In this document: positions 9,181-17,664 of the stretch, piece after piece
How the letters are laid out: each line of letters starts with the position of its first letter
Numbering within the stretch: position 1 is the stretch's first letter
Source of the DNA: a virus
Taxonomy: Duplodnaviria > Heunggongvirae > Uroviricota > Caudoviricetes
IMG/VR virus record: IMGVR_UViG_3300011827_000030
Location: 1 to 39,646 of that record
DNA length: 39,646 nucleotides
Reading direction: 5' to 3' (one strand)
Position numbers and translations under genes: made by a program
Notes under the pieces: model-generated
Databases searched by the model: none
What the model was told of the DNA's origin: nothing
The model's input: the letters and a program-made list of their open reading frames with translations, nothing else

Positions 9181-9624
9181 GAAATGTTGCCCCCAGGAGG
9201 ATTCATTCTAATGGGGGCTAGTTTGGGCAACGAGTGAAACGAGGCGTAAGGTGGGTAATCATTTTGATAAGTGATCGCCCACTTTGTGCCAAAAGCGGAC
9301 ATCGCAGATATGACAATATGTTAGTCAACCGCGATTAGATCAGTCAGTTGGAGATGGGGGGAAGTTACAAAAACTTGTCGTCCGCCATCTCCGACTACGG
9401 GTATTCTTAACTGTACATGCTCTTTCAATCGATGATTTTTGAGTAAGTGACTAACCTATTGTTTTGATAGTAATTAAACGTATAAACGTGCGGAGTTAAT
9501 TTGAAAGTTATGTGTCTATGTTTGACAAGCAAAATTTTAAAGATTGGTTTTATCCACAGGTAATTTATGCTATTAATAGCCTCAAGCCCTGTAATTATTT
9601 TTATTTAAATGGATAAATTTGAAA

Positions 9625-11745
9625 ATGAGTACATATCATAATGATCAGCCAATACTAGGTGGTCAAAATGACCCCGATTTATTAAACAGGCTCGATTTTG
9701 CAAATCACTTGGCAAATATTCTACTATTAAATCACAATGATGATTGCCTTACTGTATCTATAGAGGCAGAGTGGGGATATGGTAAAACGTCAGTGATAAA
9801 TCTTATAAAAGGTGCTTTGAATGAAAAGGAGTTCTTACCAATAATAATAGAATATAATCCATGGCTGGCCGGTCAACCTGAATCCTTGATTCAGGATTTT
9901 TTATTACAGTTCTCTTCACAACTAAATATTAAAGACAATTCAAAAGCTGCTTTGGAAGCTTCAAAAGAATTAATTGCATACTCCAATCTCTTCAGTGTAG
10001 CAAAACTTATTCCAGGGACAGAACCTTGGGCATCTATCATAGAAAAAGTCCTCTCTAATTTTGGGAGTGCTACTAAAAAGATTGCTGAATTAAAAAAACT
10101 GGATCTTTTAGGTAGAAAAAAACAAGTAGAGAAGGCAATAAAAAAAATAAAAAATCCTATTGTGGTAATAATTGATGATTTTGATCGATTGACTCCTACA
10201 GAAACTTTTCAAGTTTTACGATTGGTTAAAGCAGTTGCAGATTTCTCAGGAACTTCTTTTTTACTTGCATTTGATCCTAATTATTTGATTTCTGTGCTTG
10301 ATAAAAATAATATCGTCAATTCTTCGGAGTATCTTAATAAAATTGTTCAACTTCGAGTCCCACTTCCTGTAATCTCAGAAAGGGGTATGAATGAACTTGC
10401 AAATGCAGAACTGGAAAAGATAGCTAATAAATCTTTAACTGACAGATTCGAAAGTGATCAAGAAAGACTAAGCTGGATTTATCATAATTATTTTAAAAAA
10501 CTAATTAAGAATCCGAGAGAGTTAAAAAGATTTTTTAACCATTTGAGATTCGTTTTAGAGCAAATTGAAGGGCAGGTATGTTTTTCTGATCTCTTTGCTT
10601 TATCTCTGGTTGCCACTAAATCGAGTTTGGTATACGAGCATATTAAAAGCACACCAGAGGCATATATAGGGAAGAGATTCACTAATGATGGCCTTTTGAT
10701 GGATAAACCTCAAGATATTGTGGATAGATTTAGTGATGAGCGAAATAAGAAACTGAGTAATTTTTCTGATCAAGAGCGTTCAGTGATGCAGGAACTCTTA
10801 GGAGATATTTTCCCACTTCTACAGTCAAGCGGGTATTCTCATTATGGGGTTTCTGATCCCGATACAGCAGGAAGGGTTTCTGCACCACAAAGGCTTCATA
10901 TTGCGTTTCATTATAAAACTCCAGCAGGGTATATTTCTGATCATGATATTATCAGTTTCATTAATGGAGATGTTAAAAGAAACGAATTTCTAAGAGATGT
11001 GCTCTCGCAAAATGCAGAAGAAAGATTTTTTGAAATGATGAATAATTATTCGAGTTATTGTAAGGATAATAGTTTTGAAATATTAACGTGTATTTATGAT
11101 ACTTTTCTGTTTTCTCAAGAATTGAAATCCTCATTGGAAAGAAACTATGGTTTTTTGACAAAAGATCTTTATAGAAGGATGAATTGGCTCACTAATAAGG
11201 TAATATCTGAAAGTGATGATAAATATGGGTTAATAAAGGGGGTTGTAGGTAGGCATGAGAATGCGCCACTTGGTGCAGACGTATTATGCCAAGCTCGTAA
11301 ACAGATTCAAAATGGATGGAATGACAAAATATGGGTTAGTATTGAAGAATTGGCTGAACTTGAAGGTATCTTTCAACAGGTGGCTATTAAAGTTTTAAGT
11401 GATAAAATATATTTTGATTATCATCTTGAATCTCATATATTTTTCGAATTAAAGAGAGTTTCATCTCAATTTACATCAGAGTTTATTGCTTCTGTATTAT
11501 CAAGTGATGGCCTGATTAGGATGTGTGAGATTATTGGTGAAACAGGTAGTGATTCAACAAATGGCCCTTTTTTTAAGTTTGATGAAATTTACTTCGGGGA
11601 AATACTTGATGTGAATGAACTTCGAAATAAAGCGAAAAATTTAGATTTTTCAATTTATCCCACACGCATTCAAGCTGTACTTAAGAGTATTCTGGATGGA
11701 CAAAAATATTATTTGAGAGATGCAACTGTTGGTGAAGATTGGTAA
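9625..11745 (+). CDS. KAP-family P-loop NTPase (cargo, candidate defence gene)
   Basis: 706 aa from ATG 9625; Walker A EAEWGYGKTS (9766-9792) and Walker B hhhhDDFDR (IVVIIDDFDRLTPTE) with a long helical C-terminal region, the KAP NTPase signature; gene is AT-rich; no obvious TM helices. Confidence 0.8.
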   Translation: MSTYHNDQPILGGQNDPDLLNRLDFANHLANILLLNHNDDCLTVSIEAEWGYGKTSVINLIKGALNEKEFLPIIIEYNPWLAGQPESLIQDFLLQFSSQLNIKDNSKAALEASKELIAYSNLFSVAKLIPGTEPWASIIEKVLSNFGSATKKIAELKKLDLLGRKKQVEKAIKKIKNPIVVIIDDFDRLTPTETFQVLRLVKAVADFSGTSFLLAFDPNYLISVLDKNNIVNSSEYLNKIVQLRVPLPVISERGMNELANAELEKIANKSLTDRFESDQERLSWIYHNYFKKLIKNPRELKRFFNHLRFVLEQIEGQVCFSDLFALSLVATKSSLVYEHIKSTPEAYIGKRFTNDGLLMDKPQDIVDRFSDERNKKLSNFSDQERSVMQELLGDIFPLLQSSGYSHYGVSDPDTAGRVSAPQRLHIAFHYKTPAGYISDHDIISFINGDVKRNEFLRDVLSQNAEERFFEMMNNYSSYCKDNSFEILTCIYDTFLFSQELKSSLERNYGFLTKDLYRRMNWLTNKVISESDDKYGLIKGVVGRHENAPLGADVLCQARKQIQNGWNDKIWVSIEELAELEGIFQQVAIKVLSDKIYFDYHLESHIFFELKRVSSQFTSEFIASVLSSDGLIRMCEIIGETGSDSTNGPFFKFDEIYFGEILDVNELRNKAKNLDFSIYPTRIQAVLKSILDGQKYYLRDATVGEDW

Positions 11746-12189
11746 TACTTTTATAGGCATGCTTAGAGATGATGGAGTATCTTTTTCTCCCTTTTGAGGA
11801 AGTGATTTCCAACTGGGCATGGATGCCACATCAAATGGACAGTTGTTGTCACCTGTCAGTTAGCTGCTATTTGTTTATAGCAGCTGAAAGCCCACTACAT
11901 AGTTACACCAGAAGGACTAACAATGTAGTGGATAGCTAAATTTGACCACCTTAACAGATATGTTAATTTCCCCCCCCTCGCTCACAGCGGACTTTCATCT
12001 TTGTAAACCCTTATAATTCGCTTTTCAGCGGTCATTCAGATACGGATTTACGCTTTCCTTGGCAGTGCATGACTATGACGCATGAGATCGCATGATAGTT
12101 TGAGGATCGTTTTTGCTGAGGCCAGCCAGAACTGGCGTGCTTTTGCTTATGTCATGCAGGTGCATGAAAACCACTACATAAAGTGGGCA

Positions 12190-12208
12190 GGCGTGGCGGG
12201 GATACGAG
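12190..12208. other. cos: Candidate cos site (cohesive-end region) GGCGTGGCGGGGATACGAG
   Basis: First 13 nt match the 186/P2 cohesive-end sequences as I recall them (GGCGTGGCGGGGA...), followed by a GCGCGC element; sits in a 600-bp non-coding, higher-GC stretch at the A-side/Q-side junction where cos lies in P2. Confidence 0.5.
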
Positions 12209-12341
12209 CGCGCGTTATGACAAATAGATGATTAGCCTGATTTATTTACAGCTGTATAAATGATCACCTTGTAATTAGGTAAGTAATGTCTTCTATTATC
12301 ATTGATTTGATAGGATTAATCTGTTTTTTGAGGATTAGAGG

Positions 12342-14678
12342 ATGATTGAAGAGGTAGTTATTGACAAGGTAGGCTCATATAATGGCCCTACGCAGCTTTT
12401 ACATGGACTTTCTAAATTTAACTATTTATATGGAGCTAATGGTGCAGGTAAAACAACTATAAGTAAAATTATTAATGACCCTGAACAATATCCAACATGT
12501 CCGATTAAATGGAAAAATAATATATCTTTAATAAGCTACGTATATAATAAAGATTTTGTTGAAAGAAATTTTAGTCAAGATAAAATTAAAGGTGTATTTA
12601 CCCTTGGTAGCGATCTTAAGGAGGATGAAGAGAAACTAATATCTCTTAAAGAAGAAAAAAATAAGCTAATGGAATCTATTATAGCAAAGGAAAAGTTAAT
12701 AGATGGTGGTGATAATGAATTAGGCGTTATTAAAAAAATCGAAGACCATGAAAAATCTTTTAAAGATTCATGTTGGAAGCAAAAAGTAAAACATGACAAT
12801 GTGTTCTCAAAGGCTTTTGAGGGATTAAGGAATAGTAGTGAAAAATTTAAAGCCAGAGTGTTGGCTGAGTATGAAAATAATACATCAGAAGTTTGCTCAA
12901 TAGCAGAGTTAATTGAGAAAGCAAAAATTGTTTTTTCTACTGAATTGACATCACATGTATCAATTACAATTCCATCCTTCAATGGGATAGATGATATTTT
13001 GAGTAGGGAAGTTTGGAGTGAGCGCATCCTAGGGAAAAAAGACGTTAGTGTTTCAGACTTAATTACAATGCTCAATAACAGTGATTGGGTTAAGGAGGGT
13101 TTAACATATTTCAGTAAATCTAATCCCAAGTGCCCATTCTGCCAGCAGGATGTAAATGATAATATATTTGATAATCTTTCATCATATTTTGATAAAACAT
13201 ATGAGTTAAAAAAAAGAGAAATCGATGCATTGGTTTTACAATATGAATATCAACTTAATAATATCTTGAAGGCGATAGATGATATAAGGGCGATTAAATC
13301 TCCATTCATAAATTATGAAGTGTTTGAGGATAAGGCTAAGATAGTATTATCTGAATTAAACAAGAATTTTGAATTGGCAAAAAATAAACGCAATTTTTTA
13401 AGTGAATCAGTTCATTTTAGTGACTTAAGTGAAGTTGTTGATGATTTTATTTCTTTTTTGAATGATTCAAATCTATTGATAGATAATAATAACAAAATAC
13501 ATAGTAATAGAAAGGTAGAGGCTAGTAATCTTTCTAAGCAGATATGGGCATATATCGTAAAGGTGGAGTTAAAGTCTGAAATAACTTCTTACCGTAGCAA
13601 ATCTGATAAATTTAATAGGACGTTACAAGGACTTAAATCTGGGATAGAAGAAGACAAAAAGAAGTTAATGTTAAATACTTCGGCTATTGAGGCAATTGAG
13701 TCTAATAAAACCAGTACTCTTCCAACTATTACAAAAATTAACAAGATTCTGGACTCTTATGGCTTCAAAAATTTTTACTTAAAACCCTCCGAAGATAAAA
13801 AGCATTATATGATAGTGAGAGATAGTGGAGATAATGCTCGTACAACCCTTAGTGAGGGAGAAAAGACATTTATCACTTTTTTGTACTTTTATAGCCTTGT
13901 TAGAGGGAGTGATAATGCATCAGGTGTTTTAGATGATCGTGTTGTAGTATTTGATGATCCAATTTCAAGTTTAGATAGTGATATTCTGTTTATTGTAAGT
14001 TCGTTGATTAAAGATTTAATGGAGGATGTTCGTAAGGATGAAGGAAATATTAAGCAAATTATATTCCTTACTCATAATATTTATTTTCATAAAGAGTTGA
14101 CTTTTAATACCAAAAGATCCGGTAATCAAGCAATGAAAGAGGAGACTTTTTGGATTGTAAGGAAAAAAGGGAAGGTTTCATATCTTGAAAAGTGCGAATC
14201 AAACCCAATAAAAACGTCTTATGATTTGCTCTGGTGCGAATTGAGAAGAACAGACATTAATAATAATACTATACAAAATACAATGCGAAGGATTTTGGAG
14301 AATTACTTTAAGATATTAGGTGGGATGGATATTAGGAAGCTTGAGTGTCATTTTTATGGTGATGAAAAAATCATATTTAAATCTTTAGTGTCATGGATTA
14401 ATGATGGTTCCCATTTTGCAGGTGATGATCTTTATATGAATTTAGATACGGAGTCTGTGCAAAAATATTTAATTGTTTTTCAGAAGATATTTGAATGTAG
14501 TGAGCATACTGCCCATTACAAAATGATGATGGGTGAGTTTTATAAACCGTTAAATGAGTCACTTCATCTACAAGATGAGTTTGATATAGATGATAGTGCG
14601 AATGATGAGTATGCTTCGTCAAAAATTGAGATAAAAGATGGAATAAACACATCTCTACATAGCAACACATATTTGTAA
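12342..14678 (+). CDS. RloC-like ABC/SMC-type ATPase with coiled-coil insert, CxxC zinc hook and PrrC-like C-terminal putative nuclease (cargo, candidate defence gene)
   Basis: 778 aa; Walker A GANGAGKTT (12432-12458); CPFC at 13131-13142 near the middle of the predicted coiled coil; signature-like LSEGEKT, Walker B VVVFDDP, H-loop FLTHN; C-terminal region contains RRILE and IRKLECH (14334-14351); RBS AGAGG; AT-rich. Confidence 0.75.
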   Translation: MIEEVVIDKVGSYNGPTQLLHGLSKFNYLYGANGAGKTTISKIINDPEQYPTCPIKWKNNISLISYVYNKDFVERNFSQDKIKGVFTLGSDLKEDEEKLISLKEEKNKLMESIIAKEKLIDGGDNELGVIKKIEDHEKSFKDSCWKQKVKHDNVFSKAFEGLRNSSEKFKARVLAEYENNTSEVCSIAELIEKAKIVFSTELTSHVSITIPSFNGIDDILSREVWSERILGKKDVSVSDLITMLNNSDWVKEGLTYFSKSNPKCPFCQQDVNDNIFDNLSSYFDKTYELKKREIDALVLQYEYQLNNILKAIDDIRAIKSPFINYEVFEDKAKIVLSELNKNFELAKNKRNFLSESVHFSDLSEVVDDFISFLNDSNLLIDNNNKIHSNRKVEASNLSKQIWAYIVKVELKSEITSYRSKSDKFNRTLQGLKSGIEEDKKKLMLNTSAIEAIESNKTSTLPTITKINKILDSYGFKNFYLKPSEDKKHYMIVRDSGDNARTTLSEGEKTFITFLYFYSLVRGSDNASGVLDDRVVVFDDPISSLDSDILFIVSSLIKDLMEDVRKDEGNIKQIIFLTHNIYFHKELTFNTKRSGNQAMKEETFWIVRKKGKVSYLEKCESNPIKTSYDLLWCELRRTDINNNTIQNTMRRILENYFKILGGMDIRKLECHFYGDEKIIFKSLVSWINDGSHFAGDDLYMNLDTESVQKYLIVFQKIFECSEHTAHYKMMMGEFYKPLNESLHLQDEFDIDDSANDEYASSKIEIKDGINTSLHSNTYL

Positions 14679-14691
14679 TTTTATTACAATT

Positions 14692-14717
14692 GCCAGTAGC
14701 AACAATACGGTACTGGC
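14692..14717. terminator. Hairpin GCCAGTA-N12-TACTGGC between the convergent RloC-like gene and Q (weak terminator candidate)
   Basis: 7-bp inverted repeat with an adjacent AT-rich palindrome TTGTAATTTTATTACAA; no clean U-tract. Confidence 0.3.
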
Positions 14718-14727
14718 AACTAATATT

Positions 14728-15759
14728 TTAGTTAAGCTCATATGGAGAAAATTCTATAAGTTTTTCCCCGAGCCATGCATTAATTTCTCTAAATCGTTTT
14801 TGCAAAGGAATTAATTCATTTATCACAAAAACCTTACTAGCCTTCTCCACATCCCCAAACCCCCCGACATTATTAGGCATAATCCCCATCATTTGCGGTG
14901 GAACGCGGTGTGCCGCCATCATGTCATCGCGACTAACATTTTTGATATTCAGAAACTCATCCTTCGCTGCGACTTCTGATAACGGGATAATCTGAAGCCC
15001 GTCCTTTTTGCCGTTAGGTGAGTACATAAACAGGTTGCGGAAGTTGCCCGGCCCTTTGGCGCTTTTCATCGCATTGCGGAGGTTGTTCACATCCTCCTGG
15101 TTTTGCGCGGCATCGGTCATATACATGATGAAGCCTGCATGGCTGCCGTTGATGTAATACTTGCGGCGGAACAGCGTGGCGGACTCGTTGAGCAAAGCGG
15201 ATGGGATGGCAGAAAGATAACCGGGCAGGCCGTAGATCTCCTGGTTGATGTCCGGTTCCATCAGATGAAAGATGCTGCCTTTCGTGAACTGATACGGCTG
15301 TGTTGTCATACCGTATTGCACAAACCAGTAGGTTTCCAGGTCTAACCCGCGTCGGGTGTATTTTGCCAGGGCCGGTTCAAGGGCGATAACTTCACCGAAG
15401 CGGTTCGTGCGTTTCTCCAGGTAGGCGTTACCAAATACCAGATAGTCCTGCACAAAACGTGAAAAAGCCTGCTGGCTGAGCAGCGGGTGAGGGATGTAGG
15501 TACTGGTCAGAATGTTGCATTTTACTGCAATCGGGGAGCTGTGATGCACGGCAGCGCGGAAGGTGCGTGCCAGTCCGTCAAAACTTACGGGTGGCTCATA
15601 CCAGCGATCCGTCTGTACGCATTCCACATAGTCCAGCAGTTCGCGGCGGTCCAGTACAGGAATGGGATCACCAAAGCTGAAAGCTTCGGCTGAAGTTTGA
15701 TTTTTATGCTGGCTCTGTTTCGTCGCCGCAGCGCGGTTTTTCTTACTCTTTCCCATCAA
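14728..15759 (-). CDS. Q: Portal protein (P2 gpQ-like)
   Basis: 343 aa, length and position as P2 Q; leftward, overlapping the terminase gene by 4 nt. Confidence 0.85.
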   Translation of the reverse strand: MMGKSKKNRAAATKQSQHKNQTSAEAFSFGDPIPVLDRRELLDYVECVQTDRWYEPPVSFDGLARTFRAAVHHSSPIAVKCNILTSTYIPHPLLSQQAFSRFVQDYLVFGNAYLEKRTNRFGEVIALEPALAKYTRRGLDLETYWFVQYGMTTQPYQFTKGSIFHLMEPDINQEIYGLPGYLSAIPSALLNESATLFRRKYYINGSHAGFIMYMTDAAQNQEDVNNLRNAMKSAKGPGNFRNLFMYSPNGKKDGLQIIPLSEVAAKDEFLNIKNVSRDDMMAAHRVPPQMMGIMPNNVGGFGDVEKASKVFVINELIPLQKRFREINAWLGEKLIEFSPYELN

Positions 15760-17522
15760 AAAATCTCCACAATATTGCTGGTATTGGCGGACTCGCCCTG
15801 CAGCGGTTCGTTAAACAGTGCGTGCATTGTTGCCCAGGCCAGATCGGCGTGGCTGGCTTCTTCGCTGCGGTTGGCTTCATAGGTCGGGCGGTTGCCGCTG
15901 GCGGTGGTGGCGCGACGGATAGCCATGAATGACTGCGCAATGTCGGTGTGCCCGGCGTCAAACTCCAGACGGCGGTGGCTGATAATGTCGTAGGCCTTGA
16001 GTACCAGGGCGTTTTTAACGTTGGAGTTGTAGACAAACTCCCGGACGGCAGGAAAGAACGCTTTCACGTTCTCATAAACCCCGTGACCAACGCCGGTCGA
16101 GTCGATACCGATATAGGTCACGTTGTACTGTTCGGTCAGTTTTTTGATGGCGTCAGCCTGGGCGCGGAAGTCCATCCCGCGCCACTGGTGACGCTCAAGA
16201 ATGCGGAACTTACCGCCCGGCACGGCTGGCGGTGCCACCACCACGCATCCGGCGCTGTCGCCGTTTTGCGTACCTTTTGCCGGGTCATAACCGATCCACA
16301 CTTCGCGCCAGCCAAACGGGCGCAGAGCCAGTGCATGAAAGTCGGTCCAGACTTCCCAGCTGTCCACCATGCACGCCTGCAGCTCGCTGAGCGGAAACAC
16401 GGACGCGAGATCGTCCACAAACTCGCACATCAGCAGGTTCTGGTATTCGTCCGGGCTGTACTCCATGCGCAACTGGTCAAGGTCGAAAAGGTTACATCCG
16501 CCGCGCACTGCATCTTCCACGGTGACTATCTGGCGGTATTGCCCGTCTGCGCACAGCAGGCCGGGGGCCAGATTGCTGTGGGACAGGTCGATGTCCACCT
16601 TGTCAGCTTTGTTGCGTCCACGGTTGAACAGCGCACCGGACCAGAACGGATAAGCACTGTGGGTCAGGCTGGATGGCGTGGAAAAATAGGTTTGTCGCCA
16701 TTTCTTGTGAATAGCCATCCCGGAAGCCACTTTGCGCAGCTCCTGGAATTTCGGTATCCAGAAATATTCATCCAGATACAGGTTGCCGTGATAACTCTGG
16801 GCCGTGCGGGCATTGGTGCCGAGGAAGTAAAGCGTGGCTCCGTTAGGAAGCACCATCGGATCGCCTTTTAGCTCCACCTCGACTTCTTTGGCGAAGTCGA
16901 TGATGTATTGTTTAAAGACGTGGGCCTGAGCTTTACTGGCAGAAAGGAAAATCTGGTTACGTCCGGTAAGCAGGGCGTCAATCAGGGCTTCACGGGCAAA
17001 ATAGAAGGTCGCGCCGATCTGGCGAGACTTCAGCAGGTTGCGGATGCGGTTGGTTTTTCCGGCTTCCCACCAGTGGCGCTGGTAGTTGAACATGGAGGAA
17101 TGGAAGATTTCTTCCAGCTTCTCAATCTGTTCATCGGTGAAGACATTCTTTTCCGGCTGACGGCGTGGGCCTTTGTTGCGGTTGGCGACGTTAGGGTTTA
17201 AGTCGGCTTCGTTGCCGCCATTGTTAAACTTGCCGATCCGCGCGTGGCGCTCTGACTGGCGCGCCAGCAGGTCAATCTCTTTGAAATCTTTCCCTTCTTT
17301 GTGCTCCTTCATAATGAGCTGGCAGTAGCGGGCGGCGGTGGTGAGCTGCATCTGATCCAGTGGCCCATAGTCACCCCACTTGTCGCGTTTCTTCCAGCTG
17401 TGAACGGTTGCAACTTTCTCGCCCAGCATTTCAGCAATGCGGGCTACGCGGTATCCCTGAAAGTACAGCAGCATGGCCTGCCGACGGGGATCGAGATCTG
17501 CGGGTGTCAGTGTGGTGTTCAT
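15756..17522 (-). CDS. P: Terminase large (ATPase) subunit (P2 gpP-like)
   Basis: 588 aa, length and position as P2 P; divergent from O across a late promoter region. Confidence 0.85.
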   Translation of the reverse strand: MNTTLTPADLDPRRQAMLLYFQGYRVARIAEMLGEKVATVHSWKKRDKWGDYGPLDQMQLTTAARYCQLIMKEHKEGKDFKEIDLLARQSERHARIGKFNNGGNEADLNPNVANRNKGPRRQPEKNVFTDEQIEKLEEIFHSSMFNYQRHWWEAGKTNRIRNLLKSRQIGATFYFAREALIDALLTGRNQIFLSASKAQAHVFKQYIIDFAKEVEVELKGDPMVLPNGATLYFLGTNARTAQSYHGNLYLDEYFWIPKFQELRKVASGMAIHKKWRQTYFSTPSSLTHSAYPFWSGALFNRGRNKADKVDIDLSHSNLAPGLLCADGQYRQIVTVEDAVRGGCNLFDLDQLRMEYSPDEYQNLLMCEFVDDLASVFPLSELQACMVDSWEVWTDFHALALRPFGWREVWIGYDPAKGTQNGDSAGCVVVAPPAVPGGKFRILERHQWRGMDFRAQADAIKKLTEQYNVTYIGIDSTGVGHGVYENVKAFFPAVREFVYNSNVKNALVLKAYDIISHRRLEFDAGHTDIAQSFMAIRRATTASGNRPTYEANRSEEASHADLAWATMHALFNEPLQGESANTSNIVEIF

Positions 17523-17568
17523 GGCACAAACCTACAGCCTTGAATGAAGGCTTTCCCCGCCTGCGGTT

Positions 17569-17586
17569 TGTGTGGTTGTCGGTACA
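17569..17586. promoter_or_regulatory. Late-activator (Ogr) site TGT-N12-ACA upstream of O
   Basis: TGTgtggttgtcggtACA centred about 88 nt upstream of the O start, in the P/O divergent region. Confidence 0.5.
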
Positions 17587-17664
17587 AATACCGCGCATTG
17601 TTTCACTGCCCCCATCACCGCAACCATAAGGCTCCAGTAAGTTTTTTCTAACGGAGCACGGCTC

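Noticed and set aside
9271-9290. Sequence cgcccactttgtgcca resembling the att core
   Set aside because: Only a partial match (about 13 of 16) to the repeat at 19-41 and 36821-36843, with no partner defining a plausible element; probably coincidental.
12342-14678. Possibility that the ABC-type ATPase is a P2 Old homologue
   Set aside because: No TOPRIM-type C-terminal motifs were visible, and the ATPase head is split by a long coiled coil with a CxxC hook, which fits RloC/Rad50-like rather than OLD-family architecture.
15948-16871. 307-aa plus-strand ORF
   Set aside because: Lies entirely antisense within the terminase large subunit gene, which has clear protein-level identity; high-GC DNA has few stop codons, so long antisense frames are expected.
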